The notes below the pieces were generated by a model. The model saw nothing but the letters and a program-made list of their open reading frames with translations. It was not told the DNA's origin and did not search any database. Source: an uncultured bacterium (GTDB lineage: Bacteria; Krumholzibacteriota; Krumholzibacteriia; LZORAL124-64-63). From it: 64,000 nucleotides of DNA. The stretch covers positions 433,321 through 497,320 of the forward strand of contig CAVSZB010000003.1 of NCBI GenBank assembly GCA_963732385.1. Reading direction: 5' to 3'. Position 1 is the stretch's first letter; the number at the start of each line of letters is the position of its first letter. Below, one piece after another: positions 49,647 through 58,040 of the stretch. Made by a program: the position numbers and the translations under genes.

Positions 49647-51719
49647 GTGCTGCGATTCGTCTGTGCCGCCACCATTGTTCTCGGGCTGGCCGCTCCGATC
49701 TGCGCCGCCGGCGAGGCCGATCCCTTCCTCTGGCTAGAGGAAGTGCAGGGCCGGAAGGCCCTCGATTGGGTGAAGAGTAAGAACCGCCTGTCCACGAAGG
49801 AGATCGGGGCGGTTCCGGAATACCAGCCGATCCTCGAACGCTGCCTCGAGATCTACGATTCGCGCGACCGTATCCCGATGCCGACACAGGAGGGGGCCTG
49901 GATCTACAACTTCTGGCAGGATCCGACGCACGAGCGGGGGATCCTGCGCCGGACGACGCCCGCCTCGTACCGGACCGCCAGCCCCGAGTGGGAGACCGTG
50001 CTCGACATCGATGCCCTCAGCAGTGCCGACGGCCAGCAGTGGGTCTACAAGGGGCGGACCTCCCTGCCGCCCGCCAACCGCCACTGCATGGTCTCGCTCT
50101 CGGCGGGCGGCAGCGACGCCGCCATCATGCGCGAATTCGATACGGTGACGAAGGACTTCGTGGCCGACGGGTTCTCCCTGCCGGCGGCCAAGAGCCACCT
50201 GCTCTGGAAGGACGAGAACACGCTCTGGGTCGCCACCGATTTCGGCGCCGGCTCGCTGACGACGTCCGGTTATCCGCGCATCGTCAGGGAGTGGAAGCGC
50301 GGCACGCCGCTCGCCGACGCGCGCGTGATCTTCGAGGGGCATATCGACGACGTGAGCGTGTACCTCACCACGATCGAAGCGGCGGCCGGCAACCACCATC
50401 TGATCACCCGCAGTCCGACTTTTTTCCAGGGCGAGAACTTCCTCGGCGTGGGCGATCGACTGGTGCGTCTGCCGATCCCGCTCGATGCCGAATTCCAGAC
50501 GATTTTCCGCGATCAGGCGATCTTCTCGCTGCGCACCGACTGGACCGTCGGCGAAACGACCCACCCGCAGGGCTCCCTGCTGGCCATCGACATCGACGAT
50601 CTCCTGCAGGGTCGCACCGGATTCACCACCCTGTTCGAGCCTTCCGAGCGGGTGTCGCTCGGCGCCGTGACGACGACCAGCGACCGGGTGCTGATCACCA
50701 CGCTCGACAACGTCCGTTCCCGTCTCTGGCGGCTCGCGCCGTCCGGCGATCAGTGGTCGCGCGAGGAGATCGCCCTGCCCGGCATCGGCACTGTCGACAT
50801 CGCCAGCACCGCTGCGGACGCGGCGGAGTTCTACCTCACCTACGAGGACTTTCTCACGCCGGTCTCGCTCTACCTCGTGGCGGGCGGTCCGCCCGAGAAG
50901 CTCAAGTCGATGCCGGCCTTCTTCGACGCGGCCGGCATGAACGTCGTCCAGCAGGAGGCGGTGTCGAAGGACGGCACGAAGATCCCGTACTTTCTCGTCA
51001 CGCCTGCCGGCTACCGGGCCGACGGCGCCCGCCCGACGCTGCTCTATGGTTACGGCGGCTTCGAGGTCTCGCAGCAGCCGGTCTACTCCGCCACGATCGG
51101 CGCGAACTGGCTGGCGCGCGACGGGGTCTACGTCCTGGCCAACATCCGCGGTGGCGGCGAGTTCGGACCGCGCTGGCACCAGGCCGCGCAGCAGAAGAAC
51201 CGCATCAAGTCGTTCGAGGATTTCATCGCCGTCGGCGAGGACCTGGTGGCGCGGGAAATCACGTCGCCGCCGCACCTTGGCATCATGGGCGGATCCCAGG
51301 GGGGCCTGCTCGTGGGTGGCGCCTTCACGATGCGGCCCGATCTCTTCGGCGCGGTCGTTTGCCAGGTGCCGCTGCTGGATATGCAGCGCTTCAACAAGCT
51401 GTTGGCTGGCGCCAGCTGGATGGCCGAGTACGGCGACCCCGACGTCCCCGAGGACTGGGAATTCATCCGGACCTGGTCGCCGTACCATCTCGTGCAGAAA
51501 GGTGTGAAGTATCCGAAGGTGTTCTTCTGGACCAACACGCGCGACGACCGCGTGCACCCCGGTCACGCCCGCAAGATGGTCGCACGCATGCTCGAGATGG
51601 GGCATCCGGTCTACTACTTTGAGAACATCGAGGGGGGGCACGGGTCGGGCTCGACGAACAGCCAGCGCGCCCGGATCCGCGCGCTCGAGTTCAGCTATTT
51701 GTGGAAGATGGTGCGCTGA
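49647..51719 (+). CDS. prolyl oligopeptidase (S9A), exported
   Basis: DPFLWLEE, YGYGGF, NIRGGGEFG..WH, GGSQGG nucleophile, DDRVHP, GGH. Confidence 0.93.
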   Translation: MLRFVCAATIVLGLAAPICAAGEADPFLWLEEVQGRKALDWVKSKNRLSTKEIGAVPEYQPILERCLEIYDSRDRIPMPTQEGAWIYNFWQDPTHERGILRRTTPASYRTASPEWETVLDIDALSSADGQQWVYKGRTSLPPANRHCMVSLSAGGSDAAIMREFDTVTKDFVADGFSLPAAKSHLLWKDENTLWVATDFGAGSLTTSGYPRIVREWKRGTPLADARVIFEGHIDDVSVYLTTIEAAAGNHHLITRSPTFFQGENFLGVGDRLVRLPIPLDAEFQTIFRDQAIFSLRTDWTVGETTHPQGSLLAIDIDDLLQGRTGFTTLFEPSERVSLGAVTTTSDRVLITTLDNVRSRLWRLAPSGDQWSREEIALPGIGTVDIASTAADAAEFYLTYEDFLTPVSLYLVAGGPPEKLKSMPAFFDAAGMNVVQQEAVSKDGTKIPYFLVTPAGYRADGARPTLLYGYGGFEVSQQPVYSATIGANWLARDGVYVLANIRGGGEFGPRWHQAAQQKNRIKSFEDFIAVGEDLVAREITSPPHLGIMGGSQGGLLVGGAFTMRPDLFGAVVCQVPLLDMQRFNKLLAGASWMAEYGDPDVPEDWEFIRTWSPYHLVQKGVKYPKVFFWTNTRDDRVHPGHARKMVARMLEMGHPVYYFENIEGGHGSGSTNSQRARIRALEFSYLWKMVR

Positions 51720-51746
51720 CCGCGCGTCGGCGCGGCGGGTGATCGG

Positions 51747-53594
51747 TCAGCCGGTCTCGCGGCGCTGTTCGGGCGGTGACAGCGGCGCCGCGCTCGATGA
51801 GGGGGCATCGGGCACCTCGGGCAGGAGTCGCTCCAGCTCCTCGCGGAGCGACTCCAGCCCCGCAAGGAATTCCTCCCGCCGCTCCGCGACGATTTCCGCC
51901 GCCACCTCGCGGTAGTGACGGATCCCCTCGAGCAGGTTCTGCTTCGTCTCGGTCGCCGAGCGGCCGGCCGCGCAGATCAGCTCCTGACGGCGGTTGCCGG
52001 CGACGGCGCGGGCCCGCTCCACGTGCAGCGACAGCTCCTTGAGGAACATGTGCGGACGGCCGGGGGCCAGCGGCAGCGCTGCCCGTCCGTAGATGTGGTC
52101 GACCATTTCGTGCAGACCCGCCACGCGGCTGAAGTAGGCCGTATTCGGACCGCAGCAGACGGCGGTGTTGGCGTGGGGGTCGATGCCGGTGGAGACCGTG
52201 GCGCCGCCGCCCAGATCGTGGCAGATGCACGCCTTCGTTACGACCGATTCCCACTGCGCGGCATTTTCGGCGTCGGGTTGAGCGGAGGCGGCGATCTCGC
52301 CGAGCTTGCGGCGCTGGTAGGCGCGGCTGGCGGTGCAGATCGGCGTCTTCGTGAACTCGGTGTTGCTGACGAGATAGCCCTTGGGACAGGGGCTGCCGGG
52401 GTTGCCCTCGTCGATGCGCGCGTGCCGCGCGATCTCGCTGGCCGACGTGCGCAGGTTCCAGAACGGCACGCCGAGCGGCGAGTTGTCGCTCAGGACCACA
52501 TCCTCCTCGCGCGCTTCGCTCACCTTCTTCAGGTGCTCGTCGTCGATGCTGACCACTTCGGGGCAGAGCAGGAACGGGCTCGCCCAGCCGGTGCCGTCCA
52601 CGGCGTAGTGCGAGCGCAGCATGGCGTCCTCGTCCGCGGTGCCGATGCCCCCCTGCACGGTGACGCGGCACGGGGCGGCTTCGGCCGGCGCGCGACCCAG
52701 TCTGGCGAGCGCGCGCTCGCGGATCTCCCCGAGTTCCTCGGTGAGCCGGAGCCGTTCCCGCCGGAACTCCGCCAGCACCGGCCCGAGCAGCTGCCCCTTG
52801 CCGCCGAAGGCGTGGCCGCCGCAATTCAGGCCCGATTCCACGCGGTACTCCGACACCCACAGCCCCAGCCGCGCCAGCAGGTTTCCCTGCAGGTGCGCCG
52901 AGCGGAAGTCGTTCACTTTCAGGATGATCCGCTTGCGGAGCTCGCCGGCGCTGTCGGGGAAGAAATCGTCGAACTCGCCCAGGTACGAGAACAGGCGCCG
53001 GTTCAGGCCGGCCGAAAGCACCACCGACGACCGCAGCCCGCTGCGGGCGTACCCGCGCAGGGCGCTCAGCGCGTCGGAGCCCTGGGGGACCGGCTCATCG
53101 CCGCGGTGGAAGCGGTCCTGGTCGAGCTTGGTCATGATGTTTACGTCGATGGCCCCGGGCGCGATCTCCTGCCGCAGCGTCGCCTGCAGGTCGATGCGCT
53201 CCCCGCCATCGTCGGTGCGCCGCATGCGTTCGTAGAGCGCGCGCAGTGGCGAGGCCGGCAGCAGTTCGAAGTAGCGGGTGATCTCGCTGCCTGCCTCGAA
53301 CACCGAGGCGCGCAGCCGCGCCATCTGCCGCGTCACCTGGCGGTCGAGCAGATCGAGATAGGCGGTGATGCGGCGGGCCCGCGCGTCGTCCTCGTGCTCC
53401 CCGATGGGCGTGAACTCCGCGCCCTCTTCCTCGCTGATCCTTCGGCGCATCTGTTCGATGAGCGCATCGTCCACCAGGGAGATCACCGAGGAGATCCCGA
53501 AGCGCGCCACCTTCAGCGGCGTGCCGAGCGTGAAACCGGTGCCCATGACCGGGATATGGAAGGTGTGGGCAGGACGAGCAAGCGCATGACTCAT
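51747..53594 (-). CDS. conserved hypothetical protein, probable FMN TIM-barrel oxidoreductase with Cys cluster
   Basis: HTFHIPVMG, ESGLNCGGHAF, TVQGGIGT, GTGWASPFL, CPKG, ICTAS, CICHDL. Confidence 0.7.
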   Translation of the reverse strand: MSHALARPAHTFHIPVMGTGFTLGTPLKVARFGISSVISLVDDALIEQMRRRISEEEGAEFTPIGEHEDDARARRITAYLDLLDRQVTRQMARLRASVFEAGSEITRYFELLPASPLRALYERMRRTDDGGERIDLQATLRQEIAPGAIDVNIMTKLDQDRFHRGDEPVPQGSDALSALRGYARSGLRSSVVLSAGLNRRLFSYLGEFDDFFPDSAGELRKRIILKVNDFRSAHLQGNLLARLGLWVSEYRVESGLNCGGHAFGGKGQLLGPVLAEFRRERLRLTEELGEIRERALARLGRAPAEAAPCRVTVQGGIGTADEDAMLRSHYAVDGTGWASPFLLCPEVVSIDDEHLKKVSEAREEDVVLSDNSPLGVPFWNLRTSASEIARHARIDEGNPGSPCPKGYLVSNTEFTKTPICTASRAYQRRKLGEIAASAQPDAENAAQWESVVTKACICHDLGGGATVSTGIDPHANTAVCCGPNTAYFSRVAGLHEMVDHIYGRAALPLAPGRPHMFLKELSLHVERARAVAGNRRQELICAAGRSATETKQNLLEGIRHYREVAAEIVAERREEFLAGLESLREELERLLPEVPDAPSSSAAPLSPPEQRRETG

Positions 53595-53723
53595 GACGGC
53601 TCCCCGGGGGCGCGGACGCAACGCCGGCGCACTGCGGCGCAAAGAATCGGAACAAGATAACCGGGAAATGCTGCCGGCACAATGGGGTAAGGGGCCGGGC
53701 CGGCTCCCGCCGCGCCGGGGACG

Positions 53724-53760
53724 AAAAGAGGGCGCCGCCGCTCCATGCGACGACGCCCCC
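53724..53760 (-). terminator. intrinsic terminator on the minus strand
   Basis: GGGGGCGTCGTCGC-ATGGA-GCGGCGGCGCCCTC-TTTT; the three non-Watson-Crick pairs are G-U only on the minus strand. Confidence 0.75.
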
Positions 53761-53835
53761 GGAAGGTTCAGCTTCGGTGGCGCTGGGTTCCCCCGCTCGG
53801 GGCGATCCCGTGCAGCCACAGGCTGGAGAGGCCCC

Positions 53836-53883
53836 TCAACGCGGGGTCGCCACCTCCACTGAGCCGCATCTGTCCCAACTCAC
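53836..53883 (-). CDS. putative 15-aa small ORF MSWDRCGSVEVATPR
   Basis: GTG 7 nt after AGGAGG, inside the 14-nt AGGAGGTGATCCAG complementary to the 16S 3' end. Confidence 0.4.
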   Translation of the reverse strand: MSWDRCGSVEVATPR

Positions 53884-54098
53884 TGGATCACCTCCTCAGC
53901 GGGCGGACCCTCTTCGGCGAGACCCACCTCGCACGGCCCCCCGGCCGCCCTGGCCGCCGGAGCCGCCGCACCGCGGGGTGCGCGGCGAATGACCCCCACA
54001 GCCTACGGATAAACGGGTGCGGCCCGCAAGCGGGAAATCGTTCCGGCACCGAGCTCGCGGCCCCGGAGTTGGCGCCCGGCCGATTCCGGGTTATGGTT

Positions 54099-54114
54099 CG
54101 GCACGGAGATTGCA
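54099..54114 (+). promoter_or_regulatory. sigma54 -24/-12 promoter
   Basis: CGGCACG-GAGA-TTGCA with correct GG-N10-GC spacing, upstream of the 54157 ORF. Confidence 0.65.
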
Positions 54115-54156
54115 CAAACGCCCTCGTCCCGTTTCTGACCACGCACTACCGGAAGG

Positions 54157-54855
54157 ATGAGAGGCATGATGAGCCATCGTCATCGCAATATTCTCGCCCT
54201 GTTCGTCGGAATGCTCTGTCTGGGTTGCTTGTTCGGGGGCACAGCCCGGGCCGGCGTCGATATCGATCTGCGGGCGAGCGTCCCCATCGGAGACGATTCC
54301 CAGCTGTTCTTCGGGATCAGCTCCCAGTACTACGACCGCGACCGCATGGACGTGGAGCAGTGGGGCGGGCAGTGCCGCAATTCCGACGACCTCGCGGTCA
54401 TGCTGTTCCTAGCGCGGCACTCCGGCCGCCCGCCGGCGCAATTGATCGCCATGCGCCATGACGGTCTCACGTGGTGGCAGATCGGCCTGCGCCTGAACGT
54501 GCCGATGGACGTGTGGTTCGTGTCGATGTCCCGCGACCCGGGCCCCCCCTACGGCAGGGCGTACGGCCACTGGCGCAAACATCAGCGCGACCGCCGCCAC
54601 ACCTTCGTGCTTTCGGACCGCGAAGCGCGCGACTTCGTCGCCGTCCGCATGCTCCACGAGTACTATCGCGTCGACGTCCCCACCGCCATGAAGTGGCGCG
54701 CCTCCGGCAGCGACCTGCGTACCCTGGCGAACAGGGAGTACCGCCAGCGGCACGACAGCGGGAAGTCGAGCGGCCGCTCCGAGCGCGACCGGAAGGACAA
54801 GCGCACCCGCAGCGACGACAACCGTGGTCGCGGTCGCGACAAGTCCCGTCGGTAG
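54157..54855 (+). CDS. hypothetical exported protein (true start may be 54166 or 54169)
   Basis: signal peptide; PGPPYGRAYGHW motif; charged low-complexity C-terminus. Confidence 0.75.
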   Translation: MRGMMSHRHRNILALFVGMLCLGCLFGGTARAGVDIDLRASVPIGDDSQLFFGISSQYYDRDRMDVEQWGGQCRNSDDLAVMLFLARHSGRPPAQLIAMRHDGLTWWQIGLRLNVPMDVWFVSMSRDPGPPYGRAYGHWRKHQRDRRHTFVLSDREARDFVAVRMLHEYYRVDVPTAMKWRASGSDLRTLANREYRQRHDSGKSSGRSERDRKDKRTRSDDNRGRGRDKSRR

Positions 54856-55019
54856 TCGTGATCCGCGGCCCGCGAGCCGCAATGAGATCCCCGGCAGAGG
54901 CAGGGGCGGACCGACGTCACCGGAGATCGCTTATATTTTCGCGTTCCCGGTCGTTTCGGTCCGCCCCTCCCGAGCCGGATCCCCCGGCGCTTCGTCCCCA
55001 TCGACCCCGCCCGCCCGAA

Positions 55020-55590
55020 CCCCACCGGCGGTCGCCATCAGCCCCCACAACATCAATCGCAGGCTCCATGTCGGCCCAGCTACCCGATCCGTGCAAGCGC
55101 TGACTACAATGGCTCCTACGGTCTGGGGCTGACTATCGGTTCGTCGGCTTTGTTTACATGCGTTAGCGGGGTGGCGGCGGGGGCTGATGGCGCGATCTTC
55201 ACGGTCGATGAGTGCACTAATCTACTGCGGAAGTTCAGCGCGACAGGAGAATTACTGGCGTCTCGTACGGGGTGTGGTGGCTCATATGCGCCTACCTTCG
55301 GCGCGCCGCAAAGTGTGTGTGTGGATGGATCGGGCCGGATTTATGTGGCCGAACAGCAGAACAGCAGGGCGCAGGTGCTTCGTATTGACCCGGCGCCGGT
55401 AGGCATTAGTGATGGATCAACAGTCAACAATTATGATCAACACGAGCGCGGGGACCGTCTGCAGCTAGAAGTACTGGGGGTGGCGCGAGGTGATGGCGGT
55501 CGTGTGGATCTTGCGATGTATTTGCCCAAAGGTGGTCTAATGATCACGGTGTGCGTGTATGACGTGAGAGGGCGCTTGGTGAGGTGGCTA
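55020..55590 (+). pseudogene. decayed NHL-repeat + FlgD-tail secreted protein remnant
   Basis: FGAPQSVCVDGSGRIYVAEQQNSRAQVL NHL repeat; VYDVRGRLVR.L tail truncated; no signal peptide; apparent frameshift near 55100. Confidence 0.6.
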
Positions 55591-55788
55591 ATGCCCGGGG
55601 CGGCGGAGATCGACGACGGGGAGTTCTACGCCCAGATGAAGGCCCCGACGCGGGTCAGGGACCTGTCATCGGGGCAGCTGTCGTACCGCTGGACCGACAC
55701 CGGCGACCTGGATCACTACCGGCACGCGCAGGCGTTCGACCACCTGGTTGGGTTCTATCGGGAGGTGCCGGGGGTGTGGGTGATGTGA
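55591..55788 (+). pseudogene. fragment resembling the C-terminus of a phage terminase large subunit
   Basis: EFYAQMKAP.R...Y.W......DHYRHA; abrupt return to high-GC codon usage at about 55595. Confidence 0.4.
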
Positions 55789-55940
55789 GGCCAGCCCCGT
55801 GGCGGTCCCGCAAGTGACGATCTTCTGACGCGGATCTCGGATGGGCGCGATCGCCATTGATGCGATTATTTACGCGCACAGCAAAAATTTCATCATACAA
55901 ACCGGACCGAGGTGATATGCTTCCCGCCTCGCCCAGCTAG

Positions 55941-57305
55941 CAGGCTGCTGAAAAGCCCGCCTCACGCTCTCGTTGCTCGGCCCTCCGAGGTTTGCCGTGC
56001 GAGCTGACCTTCCGTCGTCCGATCAGTCGCCTTCTCGCCTCAGGGGCGTGTCATCGCTCCGTTCGACGTTTGATCGCGTTGTAGTGGCCAGTTCCTGGCC
56101 GATTCTCCGCGCTTCGGCGCCCCATCGGGGCGCGCCGTCTCGCTCAGCCGGTTTCATACAACAGCCGGCGCATCCGCAGCAGATTGTAGGCCGCTGCCGT
56201 GAAGCGGAAGATCCACGCGACCTTCTCGCGACCTCGGTGTCGCAGCTTGCGCAACAACCCGACCACCTTCATCCAGCCGAAGCACTCCTCGATCATCTTC
56301 CTTCGCCGCTGGCTGATCGCGTAGCCTTCGTGCCGCGTCGTCCGCTCATCCAGCGTCGTGTTCTGCTTGCAGACCACGTGCGGCGTGATGTCCATCGCCC
56401 GCAGCGTCTCGATGAAGACCGGCCTGTCATAGCCCTTGTCCGCGCCCATCGTTGCCCTCACGTGCGGCACGCTGCGCTCGGCCATCGTCACCGCCGCGTC
56501 GCACTCCGCCGTCCCAGTCGCCTTGATCACCTCGGTGTCCGCGATCAGGCCGTACCGATTGTCCGTCAGCAGGTGCCCGGCGTAGGACAGCTTCGCCTCC
56601 TTGCCGTTGCCTTTGCAGGCAAGCATGGCATCGGGATCGGTCTTGCTCTCGTGCGTCGCATTCGTGCGCTTCTCGCCGTGGAAGTCCACTTGCGGGTTGC
56701 GGCCGCCGCCCTGGCCGCCCTCGTCGTCGCTCTCGCTTTTGGCGCGGAAGCTCTTCAGGGAAGCGCAGGCCTCGATCAGCGTCCCGTCTACCGTGAAGTG
56801 TTCGCGCGAGAGCAGCCTGCCGGCCTTGGCCTGCTTGCCGATCTCCGCGAAGAACAGGTCGACGATCTCGCCTTCGAGCAGCCGGTCGCGGTTCTTGGTG
56901 AACGTGGTCGGGTGCCACACCTCGTCATCGACGCCCAGGCCGACGAACCAGCGGAACAGCAGGTTGTAGTCGAGGTGCTCGATCAGCTTGCGCTCGCTCG
57001 GGATCGAATAGAGGATCTGCAGCAGCAGGGCCCGCAGGAGGCGCTCCGGCGGGATCGAGCGGCGGCCATCGTCGGCGTACATGCGGGCGAACACCGGTTC
57101 GAGCCCCTTGAGCGCCTGGTTGACCATCTTGCGGATCGGCCGCAGGGGATGGTTCTGCGGGATCCGCGACTCGAGCGAAACGTAGCTGAACAGGCCGTCC
57201 TGGTGATGATCGCCACCGCGCATGCGGGCTCCTCCTTGGCTGCGGGGGAGTTTACGGCATGACGCGATCCGATGCGAGGGCGAGAGCTAGTTTTTCAGCA
57301 GCCTG
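55941..57305 (-). mobile_element. IS5-family insertion sequence, complete
   Basis: terminal inverted repeats CAGGCTGCTGAAAA / TTTTCAGCAGCCTG; CTAG duplicated at 55937-55940 and 57306-57309. Confidence 0.92.
56144..57223 (-). CDS. IS5-family DDE transposase
   Basis: HPLRPIR, GR.SIPPERLLRALLLQ.LYSI.SER, VDGTLIEA, ADKGYD, RK.IEE.FGW.K. Confidence 0.95.
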   Translation of the reverse strand: MRGGDHHQDGLFSYVSLESRIPQNHPLRPIRKMVNQALKGLEPVFARMYADDGRRSIPPERLLRALLLQILYSIPSERKLIEHLDYNLLFRWFVGLGVDDEVWHPTTFTKNRDRLLEGEIVDLFFAEIGKQAKAGRLLSREHFTVDGTLIEACASLKSFRAKSESDDEGGQGGGRNPQVDFHGEKRTNATHESKTDPDAMLACKGNGKEAKLSYAGHLLTDNRYGLIADTEVIKATGTAECDAAVTMAERSVPHVRATMGADKGYDRPVFIETLRAMDITPHVVCKQNTTLDERTTRHEGYAISQRRRKMIEECFGWMKVVGLLRKLRHRGREKVAWIFRFTAAAYNLLRMRRLLYETG

Positions 57306-57659
57306 CTAGTTTTTCAGCAGCCTGATAGCGCCCCAGGCTTCGCCGACTAAGTGACCCGCGGTCGATGCTCGCCGCTGGCGCGGGAGGCGAGGTCGCCGAA
57401 AATGGCCAGCGGTAAGTCTGTCAGTGCGCAGCACCGCGGTCACAGCCGCCGACTGACATCATCAGATGTCTGTTTTCAGGGGAAGCTTACGCTCGTACTC
57501 CACCTCTGCGGGCAGCACAAAGACAACGAACATAGTGCCATCCACACTCTTAATAGATGATGGCAGGCCCAACTCCACCCACCCCTCGGTCACACCAGCC
57601 ACAACTGCGCCGAAATGGTAGCCACTCCCAGCGATGAATGCAGCCAGATCATCAACCAC

Positions 57660-57865
57660 TCCAATCAGAAGCAACGGTGGCTGGCGACGGCGCTGCTGGA
57701 CATCGAGCCGCGCCTGCGTCGCGTGATGGGCTGTCTGCACCTGAAGAAGCTGCGTGAGGCGATCAAGCGTGAACTGCGAATCGAGACGAGCGAGCGGATG
57801 AGCGAGAAGGCGGAGTGAACGAGTCATGAGCCACGGAGATTTTCAACTGACTTTGGGATTGACCC
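57660..57865 (+). mobile_element. IS256-family right-end remnant
   Basis: SNQKQRWLATALLDIEPRLRRV.G..HL..LREA transposase C-terminus, then TTTCAACT...GGGATTGACCC terminal sequence. Confidence 0.75.
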
Positions 57866-58040
57866 GCACAGCTACACCAATGCATAATTGACTCTGAACT
57901 ATAAAAGCATGCTATCCTCGCCCCACGGTGACCGCAACGGAGACCGCGTGGACGGGATTATTGGAAGGGATAGCAGGCGATCGTTGGAAGTTCCGACACT
58001 ATTTGAGTCCACAGCTCCTTCAGCCTCGGAGGGTCGCGTC

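Noticed and set aside
53883..53896. 16S rRNA gene fragment
   Set aside because: Only 14 nt match; the flanks show no helix 44/45 sequence or rRNA spacer
55109..55132. tRNA 3'-end att site (minus strand ...GGAGCCA)
   Set aside because: No T-loop or acceptor stem, and the bases read as part of the NHL pseudogene
55033..55192. 14-bp perfect inverted repeat CGCCATCAGCCCCC as MITE ends
   Set aside because: Both arms fall within decayed NHL-repeat coding sequence and there is no target duplication
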